Below are positions 22,803 through 35,260 of a stretch of 64,000 nt of DNA, in pieces. How positions within the stretch are numbered: position 1 is the stretch's first letter; the number at the start of each line of letters is the position of its first letter. The stretch is from Felis catus (taxonomy: Eukaryota), in assembly GCF_018350175.1 (NCBI RefSeq), contig NC_058368.1, positions 195,612,001-195,676,000 of the forward strand, in the 5' to 3' direction. Under the pieces are notes generated by a model. It was not told the DNA's origin. It saw only the letters and a program-made list of their open reading frames with translations, and ran no database searches. A program made the translations under genes and the position numbers.

Positions 22803-24536
22803 CGCTTTGTGAGGTCTAGGGCAAGTTCATCCTCAGCTCTGGGCCCTGGGCATCGCTGCCTTTAACTCACCCCAGGCCCCGTGGCATCTCGTTCTTTCTC
22901 CACCCTATGCATCAGACTCTACACTTCAGGTTATTGGTGAGGAAACAGACAGAGGGCGATCATGAGGTGTAAAGGCAGGGCTGGGACCTAAACCCAGGTC
23001 TGTCTGACTCCAGAGCCCACACCCTAACCCTTGCATGGCATGCATGCTCTTGGAGGAGGGGGAAATCATGAATATGAGATGCTTTAGTTCACCTTAAGGT
23101 GCATAATGAATGTGAAAAGTTATGGATATCTTAAAGCCATCCTATCCATCCCTCTGGCAGTTATTGGGAGGTAGACAGAATTAAAAACGCTTCTTAGGCC
23201 GAGGGTGGGAAACAGAGACTATAGGTACTGCCCACTTATTTATTTCTTACCAAAAAATATGATTACCTACGACAATTTCAGTCAACATCATGTGCTCGAT
23301 GTGCATTTCTCATTTAGCTATCACTAAAATCTCTCTCTCGTGTGCACACACCCAATACCAAAAAGCACCTAGAATCCACTGTGGGTTTCATATTCCCAAG
23401 ATTGCCCTGGGCTATGGAGACAGGAGCCCGGATGGAAGGAGGGGACCCAGACCCAGGATTGCTCTTTTCCTAGTTCATTAGCTGCTCACCTTGACTTTCA
23501 TTCACCTCTAGTCAACACCCCAACTCACAAACTCACCTAATAGAGTGAGGCCGAGTTTGTTGGTTTTAGAAGCTTCACTTCCCATCGGTGGGGTGTGTGA
23601 AAATAGGACTGCTCTAGGAGCAGGAGCTGTGGGTCCTAGCCCTGAATGTGAACCACAGACTTGCTGTAAGACCTCCAGCAAGTTCCTACCCTTCTCTGGC
23701 CCTCAGAAGCTTCATCCCTATGAGAAAAAGGCTGGGTCTGATCCTTTCGAAACAACCCTTTAAAGACTGGCATTTTGAGCTCTGTCTTAGTAGCTGGCAA
23801 GCCTCTGGCATAATGCTCAAGAGCGTTAAGCGGTTAGGAGTCTGGATCTTCGGGCTCCAGTTACCTGTTGCTGTGTAAGACCTTGCACAAGTCATCTAAC
23901 ACCTCAAAGCCCCAGTTTCATCTGTGAAGTGGGGATGGCAGTGGTAATAACCTCATGGTGGCTGGGAGATACCCTGTTATGTTAAAGTGCAGACCTAGCA
24001 CATAGCAAACACTCCATAAATGCTACCTCTTAACGTTTTTAATATGCTACCTCCACTCTTCTTTAGAAACTTGATTTGGAGCTTAATCAGGTATGGGTGA
24101 GTTTGGGGGTATGTTTTTTGTTTCCCTCAAACGTGGGCTTAGATCTTCCTTCGGGGCAGCCTTACTGGAAGTGGTGCAAGGGTAGGGAGTGGCAGGAAGG
24201 AGATTGGGAAGTTTCATGTTTTAAAACAAAACAAAATAAAACACAGGCCTTTGATTCTCCTCCGAGGTAGAGCTTTGTGCCCGTGGTTGTTGTCACTCTG
24301 GAAGAGCAAGAGGTTTCCAGCTGCCTGGGTCACTCAGCTTCCGGCTTGGACATCTCCTTCTAGATCTGAGGGTGGCAGGGGGTGCCAGGTGAGGGGTGCT
24401 GTTTCCCACTCCACCTGGGGGCTAGGGTCCCATAGAGGATGTGGATGGTGACATGGAACTTGGGGAGAATGCATTCCTGGGTTTAACAGTGAAGTTCTGT
24501 CCAGGGCTGGCAATCCATGTTTAGATGCCACTATCA

Positions 24537-24774
24537 TTTTTTTTTTTTTTTTACTTTAAAAAATGTTTATTTATTTATTTTGGGAGAAATAGAGAGAGGG
24601 AGAGAGAATGAGTGGGGGAGGGGCAGAGAGAGAGAGGGAGAGAGAGAATCCCAAGCAGACTCCTTGCTCAGCACAGAGCTGACTCGGGGCTCGATCTCAT
24701 GACTGTGGGGTCATGACCTGAGCCAAAATCAAGTTGAGTCAGATGCTCAACCAACTGAGCCACCCAGGTGCCCC
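24537..24774 (-). mobile_element. SINEC SINE
   Basis: Antisense full-length SINEC. Confidence 0.9.
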
Positions 24775-25524
24775 AATTTTGCTTTCTGTAAAATTACCAC
24801 TATCATTTCTTGAGTGCCTACTGGGTGCCAAGCTTTGGGCTTTACTTGCATTATCTCACTTATCTTGATGATCACCTTAGGGGTAAAGTACAATTATTTT
24901 CTCCATTTTTTTAGGGAGGGACTGAGCCTTAGGGAGGCCACCCAGGTAGCAAGTGGTTGAGTAGGGGTTAGAACCCAATTAGTTAAATTCATAGCCTATG
25001 GTCATAATGAATGTTGAGTTTGTGTAAGAAAAATCATGATACTGGGAAAACAACATGGTACAGTGGAAAGAGTACACATGACTGGAAATCAAGGTCATGG
25101 TTTCCAACCGTGAAGGCATCACTCAATGTATGTGGCCCTGAACAAGTCCTTTACCACACTGAGGTCTCGGTTTCCCTACCTATCAAATAGGGGATTGTGA
25201 ACAATGGTCTCCATGGCTAATGTGGTGGGATGCTCTGAATTCAAACTAAGACTTAAAAGGAAGGATGGGTGTGCTCATGACCTTGAAGAGGTAAGTTTTC
25301 TCACATATTGTAAGTGTGAAAAACTATCCCAAGATTGGAAACCAGGCAAAAAAATGATCATATGACCTTTTTATGTAGTACCAGAGCACTGTCCAACAAG
25401 TCCACCTAGGGGTCATCAGACACTTTAAGGCATGAAACTATTTGTCTAACTCTTTAAGGTCAGATATTTTACAAAAACAGTTGAAATGGTTTGGAAACAA
25501 AACGCAAATAGTTGGAGACTCTTC

Positions 25525-25758
25525 GTTTTTTTTGTTTGTTTTTAAAGATTTTTTTTTCAATGTTTATTTATTTTGGGGACAGAGAGAGACAGAGCATGAA
25601 CGGGGGAGGGGCAGAGAGAGAGGGAGACAGAATCGGAAACAGGCTCCAGGCTCTGAGCCATCAGCCCAGAGCCTGACGCGGGGCTCGAACTCACGGAGCG
25701 CGAGATCGTGACCTGGCTGAAGTCGGACGCTTAACCGACTGCGCCACCCAGGCGCCCC
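25525..25758 (-). mobile_element. Young felid SINEC_Fc-like SINE
   Basis: CpG-intact, closely similar to copies at 1641 and 61051; GACTCTTC TSD core. Confidence 0.93.
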
Positions 25759-26543
25759 GACTCTTCATTTTTTAAAGTAAATTTCGGTGTTCATGAGAAG
25801 ACTTAAGTTGAGAGTAGGAAGACAGCATTCCAGGAGGAGGCAAATTGGGAAGTGTCGACAAATAGCAAGAAGAAAACCATTTTGGGGAAGCCTAATGGGT
25901 GGTGGTGATGCCTGAGAGCTGCTTACAAACCGTGGGTTGGAGATTCTAACCCCCCTGTACCCCACCCCCCATTGGTGACACTCAGCGGTGCTTCGCTTGG
26001 CCTTTGCATTCCCTCCCCCCACCTCTTTAAAAATCAGAGTATCTGAGTACTTATCTTCATAAGTAAAATGAACCAGAATATTGTTTGGAGAATTTGATAA
26101 CACTTTCGAAGTAACTTAAAGCATCCCAGAATTTGGAAACGTCTTTGAGGTAACTGAACTTACAAAGCTACAAAGGAGACTCCTTGGATTGGGTCTATAT
26201 TTGGGTAGGCGTGTGTGTGTTTATGTGTATGTTCACACAGTCACAGTTGATTGACAGATCTCTCCTTCCCTAAAATGAGGGCCTGTATGAAATACCTCTC
26301 CAAATCCTTTCTGAGGATGAGGGCCTGTCAATGACTAAGTTTTCATCAGTTGCGGAGAAAAGGGTCTTTTGCAATCGATTTTTCATAAAGCTATATTTAC
26401 CCCATGAAAAGAGCTGTCCTTTATTCCAAGTTCAGGTCCTTCCACTTTTTGAAATTAAAACTCTCTTCTAAATAAAATGACGGGCTTAAAAAGAAACAAC
26501 AACAAAAAAGAGTTCCCACCGTTAAGCCGCTTCTTAAGGGTCT

Positions 26544-26553
26544 GGGAAATCCC
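26544..26553. promoter_or_regulatory. NF-kB site GGGAAATCCC upstream of main TNIP1 promoter
   Basis: Consensus match about 750 bp upstream of exon 1. Confidence 0.5.
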
Positions 26554-26929
26554 ACAGCTCTTCAGGGGATCTGGCCCACTTATATGTAGGCACAGTGGGA
26601 GGCGGGCTCTGGATTTGCCCACTTGGGTTTGAATCTTGGTTCAGCCACTTACTATCATCTAACCTCTCTGTGCCTGTGAATTTATTTACGGTAAACAAGG
26701 GGATAAAACCCATCTCACTAGGGGGGCGTGCGAAAGAAATCAAGTAATTAATGCATGCAAAGTGCTTACAATGTCTGGAGCAGTAAGTATGCAAACAATC
26801 TTCTTTAGGGGTCCTCGAATTTGTGGGAGCTCTATGAAGTTGTCCAGGAGCGCCCTGGACCCAACTCTGGGGCCCTGAGCTCCAGCTCTGGCTCAGCTCC
26901 AGATGCTTACGTGCCTTTTGGCAAGTCCC

Positions 26930-27760
26930 CTCTCCGCTCGGGTCCGTGTGCCCCTCCGCAGCAAGGAAGCGGTGGGGTGGTCTCTGCGGTTGTTCTCCGC
27001 TCTGAAATTCCGGCCTCATCCCGGGCTCCGGGGCTTCCGGCGCGGGGACTGCCGCGAGGGGCTGCCCAGGCTCGGGAGGTCACAGCCCGAGGGGCGCGCC
27101 TGCGGGAGTGGGCACCGGCGGCCGCTCGGCTGCTCTCCGCCCCGGACCTCCCAGGGCGGCCGCTGTTTACCTCGTTTCGTCCCACCCCCGCGCTCGCGGG
27201 CCCGCCCCGGCGGCGTAGCGCGATTGGGCGAGCGGCCTGTCGATCTCCGGGGACTTTCCCAGGGGTAGGGTGGCCCAACCCCCGACACTTCCTCGTCCCC
27301 GGCGCGGTCCTCCGCCCCGGCCGGGAGCCCGCGGAGTTCTGAGGGCCAGATTCGGGCCGCGGCCCATAACCTGTCCCTGGACCCGGGGCTGGGCGCGGAG
27401 AGCGGGGCGCTGTGTCCCAAGACCCCCACCCTCAGGTAAGCCGGCCGGGCGGAGCGAGGGTGGGGCGGAAGGGAGTCCGGGACCCGGCCGTTCAGGGCAT
27501 CGGCAGTGACCCGGCACGGAGGAAGGGGGAGGTCAGGCCCGGTCTGGTGGCCGGGGCTCCTCGGCTTCTGGGCCCCGGCGCGTGAGGCCGGGGTGGCGGG
27601 GGTCGGGCCGTGGCGAATCCCTGCAGGGCTCGGAGGGCGGTGGGCGCGCCTGCGCACTGCGTGGGTGAACGCTGTCTGGGAACAGCGTACAGGCGAATGT
27701 GCGGGGCGTGAAGAGCCTCCGGTTAGGGGACAGTGGGCTGGCGTGGGTCTGTTTACAGTG
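26930..27760. promoter_or_regulatory. TNIP1: CpG island / main TNIP1 promoter
   Basis: Very GC- and CpG-rich; GC box 27201-27208, inverted CCAAT 27223-27227, canonical kB GGGACTTTCC 27250-27259, ETS CACTTCC 27286-27292. Confidence 0.9.
27285..27435 (+). other. TNIP1: TNIP1 main non-coding exon 1 (TSS approximate)
   Basis: Inside the CpG island, ends at strong donor CAG|GTAAGC 27435/27436; no AUG. Confidence 0.8.
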
Positions 27761-28166
27761 TGCGAGACCAGCTTGGGAGCAGTGTGCACATGTAAGGAAG
27801 AGGAAAAGAAGTTATTGGGCGAAGTTATTGGGCGCTTTCCAAGTGCTGATTTAAACCTTTAACGTGTTTTAAACTCACGTAATTGTCACATTTCCTCTTA
27901 AAATCAGTATTATTATTATCCCCGTTTTACAGTTTATGGAATCGAGGCACTTAGAGATTGGGGTCACACAGCTAGGGAGTTGCAAAGTCAGGAGTTGAAC
28001 CCGGGCCTTTGGCTTCAGAGTCCCTGCTATTCAGTTTCTTTTGAACGAATTTTGCACACTGTTGGAAGCAACATTTGTGTGCATTTGCAGGGTAGCCGTA
28101 GTGAGTTTCTGGGAGTGATTTTGGATGTGTTTCTACCCGTGGGTGAGTTTTCCACTGTAGGACATT

Positions 28167-28194
28167 TGTGTGTGTGTGTGTGTGTGTGTGTGTG
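28167..28194. repeat. (TG)n microsatellite
   Basis: About 14 TG units. Confidence 0.95.
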
Positions 28195-29299
28195 ATGGTG
28201 TGTATGGAAGTGGTTGCATTATACATTCATTAATTGTGTGTATGGAAGTGGGTGGGAGTTTTGTGCGACTGAATGAGAGATTGTGTTTTGGTTGGGGGGC
28301 CAGATACAGAAGAGTCAGCAACATCCATCCCTACTTCCTTGCAGAATGACAGTACAGAGAAATCTGTGGATTCTCAGTGCATCGTGTTGATTTCACAGTA
28401 TCATTAAAATAGAATTTAATCAACATCTATTTTCCAAACAGCAGGGTGTGGTAGAGGGGAATTCAGCATCTTATGAGAAGTCAGGAAAGAGGATTCTTTT
28501 TTTTTTTTATTCCTGACAACGGATATTGCATTAAGAGGCTAGAACATTTATTAGTACAAGCTCACAGGAATCTCGTGATTAATCTCCTTATTTTACAGCA
28601 GAGAGAACTGAGACAGTGAAAACCCAATGGCAGTAACGATGACAGTGTACATTTATGAACACTTACCGTGTGCTGGGCACAGTGCTTCACCTTCAGTATC
28701 TCATTTAATCTTTTCAACGGCTCTAACTGCTATTAGCTCTAGTGCCTAATAGTAGCCTCAGTTTTCAAATGAGGAATCGAGACCCCAAAAGGTTAAGATT
28801 TGGCCAAGACCAGTAAGCCTTGAACAGCATGGCCCTGTTCTCTTTCCACTGACCAAGGTGTCTGTCCTCTCTGTGTCCTGGGAAAACAGTGTAATCAGGA
28901 ACTGGCACTTCATGGAAGCACTTGATCATGTCCCCCTGGAAGCTGCAGTTGTGAGTGTCCTGTATTCTACATACTTCTGTGACCCTGTTTTCCACCACCC
29001 CGGGGTGTCCTGTGGGTACCCGTGAGGCTCTCATGCTGAGGGGTGGTGCCTGCCCCTATGCCCACACCAGGTCTTTGGGGGCCCCAGGAAGCTAAGGGGT
29101 CTGACTCATACCCTTAACCCTAATGTTGCCTGTGAGTTGGGGTCCAGATGTCCTGGGCTGGATGGGGCCGACCTCATTTGAGCCCCTCACATTTGTAGGA
29201 GGCCGTCTGTCTGCCTCTGTCTCTGAGTGCTGCTTGGTATTACTTCTGCTTGCACTGCAATTTAGCCCCTGCAGCCTGCTTGTCTTCCCTCCAACACAC

Positions 29300-29720
29300 C
29301 AAGCTTGTTCTTGACTCGAGGTCTTTGTATGTGCTGTTCCTTCTGCCTGGAACAGCTTTCCCCATTTCTTTACGTGGCTGGTTCTTCCTTATCTGCCAAG
29401 TCTCAGCTCAAATGTCACCTCTTTAAAGGGGCCTTCCCTGATCATTCTATGCAAAGTAGCCCCTTTTTTCACTTTCTGTCATATTACTATTATGTTTTTA
29501 TACATTCATCATGCTCTGAAATAATCTTGTTTATTTGCGACTGACAAAGTATATGTACAGAGCTTAGTGTCTAGAATATAATAATTTTTAGTGCTTACTT
29601 GTCTGTTGTCTTTCTCTTTTCCTGGGAGAGAAGGATGAGAGCAGGAACCACTTTAGTGCGTGTGCATTCTTGGTACACGAGTGTCTGGGGTAAGGCTCTG
29701 CTGGGTTTGTTCAATGGATG
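29300..29720 (-). mobile_element. L2 LINE 3' fragment
   Basis: 'gctgttccttctgcctggaac', 'tctcagctcaaatgtcacctc', 'gccttccctga'. Confidence 0.65.
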
Positions 29721-32506
29721 CGTAGAATAAAAGAAACTAGAATAATGGTGCATTTCACCCAGGCGGGGAGATGGGAACACACTTGTCCCCGAAGGGTAGT
29801 GGCAGTGGCAGTCGGAGAACCAGAACGTGCTCCCCAGGGGATTTTCTTTTCTCTCTCTCTGATAGCCAGCACGCTTTTCCTGACCACCCTTGTGCCCAGT
29901 GCTTGCAGAGGAACATGATGCTTGGGTACATAAGGAACTAGCTTGGCCGTCCAGGAACTGGCAGTGGAATGCAGAGAAATGTGCTCTGAGCATGTTGCCC
30001 CCAAGTGCCTGGCATAAGTCTCACTGGAGTGCAGGACAGTTTGGGGGCACCAGGTGGTCAGGAGGCTTCCGGAGGGAGGTGACTTCAAGGCCAGACTCTA
30101 GGAAGACGATGAGAGCAGAGTGGGGCCTGAGCCCCTCTGGAACTTGTAGACTGGGTAGAGGATTGGGGGTAAGGCTTTGCTGGGTTGGGGGAGCTGACCA
30201 GCTGGCCCAGGAAAAACCCTGAAGGTCTTGACTACCAGGCAGAGAAGTGGTGGTTTCTCCCTTGTTGGCAGCCTTGGGAAGTGATTAGAGCAGCGGGGCT
30301 GGCAAACTGTAAGCACGCATGTGGAGCACCTGGGTGGCTCGTTAAACGCATACTGGTCCCTGTACCCCGAGGGGCCGAGGCAGCGGGTCTTGCCCATGCC
30401 TGGTGTGGCGCACGGTGGGAACCCCTGGTGGAGAGCGTGTGCTTCAGAGTTTGGCACACCTGAGAGGGTGCAGCCCCTGCCTCCTCATCTGTAAGGCTCT
30501 CTGAGGTCAGCGCTGTCTTCTCCCGTGCTGCGAATTCATGGGACAGCACAGGGCCGATTGGGGTAAGTGATCAGTCAGTGCTAGCCGTTGACCTTGTTAG
30601 TGACGATCGTCATGAGGATGTTGAAGGGATTTCAGTAGGACATGATGGAGAGGGTCCAATACTCCATGTTTGGGGATAACCGGCCTTAACCCCTCTGCCA
30701 CCTGTGGACCATGCTGTGTCCTGTCTGGATGGGTCGTCCCCTGCTCTGTGTCAGATGCCTTTCCATCCCTGTTTGGAATAGTGGACACTTACACACGCGC
30801 ACAGCAGACATCTGGCCTGAAGTCCCTCAACAGCACCTCGTACCCCAGCAGGTGGTCCTTCAGCCTCAGCTGGACCCCATCCCCGGGGTCAGGGAGAGCA
30901 CTGCTGCCTGTAGGCAGCCTCTTCCCATGTTATGGATGGTTTGATTTTGTGGGCACCCCCTGCCCTGGGTGCAGGTTCCCCCTGTCTCACCTTCTTTTCC
31001 CTCATTGCCCACCCGACCGCTTTGAGGGAGGGCAGGCATGGTTCCGCGTGGGAAGAGGGTGCCCAGCGAGCCCCAGAAAGCCTAGGTCTGCCTCCCCTCT
31101 GTGTCCCCACCATCCTGGGCAGCCTTGGGCAGGTCTTCTTCCTCTGCTGGCTTTGGTGTTACTGCAAAATGAAGGCAGTCCACTTGCTGGTGTCTTAGAA
31201 TGTTCTCTTTCAGCCCTAAAAACTCTGTACCCCAGTGACCGGGCTGCCTGCCCTCTCTCTGGCTCTTCCTGCTGGGCCGGGCCTTTCTGGGTCCACCCTG
31301 CCCACGCCTCCTTGCTGCACCCCTGCCTACCCGAAGTGCCTGCTTCTCTTTTCCGTGTCCGTCTTTGAAAGGAGGGTGTCTGGGACCCTCTGGAGAGTTC
31401 CCAAAAGGGAGGCTCAGGGAAGCAGGGAGCAGCTCCGTTGGTTCTGCGGAGCAGAGCTCCCCAACCTCCAGAGATAGACCTTGGCAGCCACGATGGCCAG
31501 TTAGTTGCAGGAAGTTTTTGATGTTTTTTTCCCCATGACTGGCCCAGGACAGTCACTCTTCTGAAAGGAACAGATGACTGGCCTGAGGAACAGCTGGCTC
31601 TTTGTCCCCAGGCAGGGCTGAGCTCCTCTCTCCCCAGGGACCTCACCCTGAAGCTGTTCCCTGTGTTCTTGAACACCTACAGGGTGGACAAACCGGGTGG
31701 CCTGGCAGATATGTGTGTGGGGGGGGGGGGAGGGTGGGGGTGCTGTAGGAGTTGTGTCACCAAGGAGTCATACTTAGAGGCCAGAGCTGGTATTTTTAGG
31801 GCGGGCGTGGGGGGTGTCCCATGAGTCAGGGGCCTTTGGTTTGGTCTCCACCCACACTGGAGAGTACTCGCTCCACTTTCCACCGACTGACAGGCCACCA
31901 TCCTGTGCCTTCCTCGTGGCCAGCTTCATCAGTGGTCTGAGGAACGCTGGTCCCTCCATCCCCACTTCTGCCTCTGCACGTGTTCCCCCATCCCCCAACC
32001 CCTGGAAAGAAGAACAGAGGTCTAAGCATGGCAACACTAACATTTAGAGAATATGAAGGGATCTTTCAGACATAGAAGGTAATGTGCACACACCAGGCAC
32101 CCACCCATCCGGCTTAAGAGATCCAGATCCTGTACACCTGAAATTTCTCCTTGATCATCCCCTTTATGGAAGTAGCGAGTGTTCTGATTGAGGGTTTATT
32201 GTCTTACGTTTCTCTATAGTTTTATTATACATATACACATCGTTAAACAATATGTAGTAATTTCATATGTTTAAAAATGCTATTCAAATGTTATCATACT
32301 GTCCGTATGCATTGTTTTGCCTGATATTGTGTTTTGCCTAATATTGTGTTCGTGAGATCCATTCATGTTTGTGCCTCTGGCTGTAGTTCATTCATTTTCA
32401 TGGCTGTATTGTATTCCCTGGTATGAACTTGCCCCAGTGTATTCATTTTCTTCTTCATTAGGTAGTTTCTAGCCTTTGCTTCTAGAACAAAATATCTTTG
32501 GCTCTT

Positions 32507-32721
32507 GGGGCGCCTGGGTGGCACAGTCGGTTAAGCGTCCAACTTCAGCCAGGTCACGATCTCACGGTCCGTGAGTTCGAGCCCTGCGTCAGGCTCTGGG
32601 CTGATGGCTCAGAGCCTGGAGCCTGTTTCCGATTCTGTGTCTCCCTCTCTCTCTGCCCCTCCCCCGTTCATGCTCTGTCTCTCTCTGTCCCAAAAATAAA
32701 TAAACATTGAAAAAAAAAATT
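32507..32721 (+). mobile_element. Young felid SINEC_Fc-like SINE with perfect 19-bp TSD
   Basis: TSD CAAAATATCTTTGGCTCTT at 32488-32506 and 32722-32740. Confidence 0.95.
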
Positions 32722-32958
32722 CAAAATATCTTTGGCTCTTATCTGAGTGGTCTCACCCCTGTCCAGCTGTCCCCTTCCTAGTCACTGTGGCTTCTGCTGG
32801 GGTTGTACTTTAAGGTCTGCAAGGAGCTCTGTGGTTCCTAGTTGGTCCTCCCAGCATTTCCACGGGGAGGAGCAAGGGTAGTATGTTCAGGGTCACCTGG
32901 CAAGGAACTGAGCCAGGGTTTGAGCCCTCCTTCCACCATATGTAGAGAAGGGAAATTC

Positions 32959-33168
32959 TTTTTTTTTTTTTTTTTTTTTTTAGAGAGAGAGAGAGAGCAC
33001 GCACGCAAGGGAGGGGCAGAGACAGAGAGACACACAGAATCGGAAGCAGCCTCCAGGCTCTGAGCTGTCAGCACAGAGCCCAACATGGGGCTCGAACCTA
33101 CAAACCGTGAGATCATAACCTGAGTCAAAGTCGGACATTTAAACTGACTGAGCCACCCAGACGTCCCC
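32959..33168 (-). mobile_element. SINEC_Fc-like SINE with 14-bp TSD
   Basis: TSD GAGAAGGGAAATTC at 32945-32958 and 33169-33182; long T tract. Confidence 0.95.
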
Positions 33169-34036
33169 GAGAAGGGAAATTCCTACAGGTTGTCCCCTTC
33201 CCCCTTGGAGGGGTAGTTACAAAGTTGGAGAAAGCCTTCATTGGCTAACCAGCTTTGGGCATATTGGGGACTGGGAGACAGAAGGCCAGCCAAGTCCCTT
33301 TTGTCTAAGGGTGGACCTGGTGCCCTTTGTCCCCATGGCTGATAGTTGAGGCACTCCTTCTGGGCCAAGTGATGTCCCAGCCGCTGGGATGGAAGCTGGC
33401 TTCTAGGCACGGAGTGTGTGTACCTGTGGATCGCAGGAGCTGAGAGGAGGCACGCATGGGATGGAAGGAACATGGGCTGGGGTTGCTGGGGCTGCTCTCT
33501 CAACCCCTCTTAGGAAGCTTTCGGTAGCAAGGAGTACAGGGTGGAACCAGTGGTAGATGATCAGGTGTGGGTTCTGCTTTGTCCTTTGGCAGTCGTGTGG
33601 CCTTGAGCCAAGCTCTGCACCTGTCTGGACTCTGCTTCCTCTCCAGCAAAGCAGGTGTTCCTGCTGTGAGGACCCACAGGCGGTGGGCGGGGAGCTTTGT
33701 ACTGTTCCCAGTTGAGGGTGGTTATCCAAAGTCTGTTGCTTCTCTTCCCACCTTTGTCATCTCAAGGCCAGCCCTGGCCTTCCCAAAGCCAGATCCTTTC
33801 CAGTAGTTTCCAGGTTGAAACTCGCCTCTACAGTTGCCAACTCTCCATTCACTGACTTCCCTGACTAGAAAACTTGCTCCTGGAATTTTCTTGTGATCAA
33901 AACCCTATAACCTTGTCTGTCCGTATGAAGCCGGTACATGATGAGCTCTCACCCCTGCCCGCAGCCCTCCAGGCTTCATTTGGTGCCAGAAGAATGGGCC
34001 TTCCCTATTGTCATGACCTTGTCAGAACTTAGAAAA

Positions 34037-34254
34037 TTTTTTTGATGTTTATATATTTTTGAGAGAGAGAGAAAGAGAGAGAGGGAGACAGGCCGAGGTG
34101 GCGGTGGGGGTGGGGGTGGTGGTGGTATAGAAGATCCGAAGTCGTCTCTGTGCTGACAGCAGAGAGCCCGATATGAAGCTCAAACTCACGAACCGTGAGA
34201 CCATGACCTGTGCCGAAGTTGGACGCTCAACTGACTGAGCCACCCAGGTGCCCC
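34037..34254 (-). mobile_element. SINEC SINE with atypical G-rich linker
   Basis: Antisense SINEC; linker replaced by GGTGG-type runs at about 34091-34126. Confidence 0.88.
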
Positions 34255-34391
34255 AAGACACTTAAATTTTTAAAACTTATTTTCAGATATCCCTTTAAAA
34301 AAGTTACAATGACATTCTCATCAGAGGAAAATTCCCCAGAACCAAAGCAATACAAAAGGCATAAAGTAAAAAATGAAAGATGTCTTCTTTC

Positions 34392-34613
34392 AGGGCACCT
34401 GGGTGGCTCAGTCAGTTAAGCTTCCGACTTCAGCTCAGGTCACGATCTCACAGCTTGTGAGTTCGAGCCCCGCATCGGGCTCTGTGCTGACAGCTCGTAG
34501 TCTGGAGCCTGCTTCGGATTCTGTGTCTCCCTCTCTCTCTGCCCCTCCCCTGCTGCCGCTTTGTCTCTCTCTCCTTCAAAAATGAATAAACATTTTTAAA
34601 AAATTAAAAAAAA
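34392..34613 (+). mobile_element. SINEC_Fc-like SINE with 17-bp TSD
   Basis: TSD GAAAGATGTCTTCTTTC at 34375-34391 and 34614-34630. Confidence 0.95.
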
Positions 34614-34663
34614 GAAAGATGTCTTCTTTCTCCTTCTTTTTCCCTTCCCCTATCCCCACTGTA

Positions 34664-34871
34664 TTTTTATTTTTTTATGTATAGAGAGAGTGTGCACATG
34701 CACATGGTGGGGGGGGGGGGTGGAGAAAGAGAAAGAGAGACAGAAAATCCTAAGCAGGCTCCACACTCAGCACAGAGCCCGACGTGGGGCTCAATCCCAT
34801 GATCCTAGGATCATGACCTGAGTCGAAATCAAGAGTCAGACGTTCAACCTACTGAGCCACCCAGGTGCCCC
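34664..34871 (-). mobile_element. SINEC SINE
   Basis: Antisense SINEC with ACTGTATTTTT TSD. Confidence 0.88.
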
Positions 34872-35148
34872 CCGACTGTATTTTTAAAATAGAACAGGAC
34901 TAGATTTCCCTTGAAAAGAGTTTCAGTTTTATAAGTAAAATAAAAGTTTCTCTTGTTTCTAGTCCCTATCCCAAGTCCCTCTCTAGAGCTCGCTTGGTGT
35001 GCATCTTTCCAAACCTTTTTCTATGTGATTTAAGATTTTACACACATGTATGTATATAGACGTGTATGTGTCTGTGTATCTACACGTACATGTACGTACA
35101 TATAGACACACATGCAGTTGTATGTGGGTTTTTTTTAAAGTAGTATCC

Positions 35149-35260
35149 TGGAGTGCCTGGCTGGCTCAGCCAGAAGAACATACAACTCTTGATCTCAGGT
35201 TCGTAAGTTGGAGCCCCACACTGGGTGTAGGAATTACTAAAAAAAATAAATAAATTTTAA
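35149..35260 (+). mobile_element. Short older carnivore SINE
   Basis: 'ggagtgcctggctggctcag...ctcttgatctcagg...gagccccacactgggtgtag' plus A tail. Confidence 0.8.

Noticed and set aside
26534..27862. Long overlapping ORFs (up to 257 aa) over the promoter
   Set aside because: A GC-rich CpG island is depleted of stop codons; products are low-complexity R/P/G/A with no recognisable domain
30670..31676. 232-aa (+) and 224-aa (-) ORFs in TNIP1 intron 1
   Set aside because: No recognisable protein, splice structure or codon bias; chance ORFs in GC-rich intron
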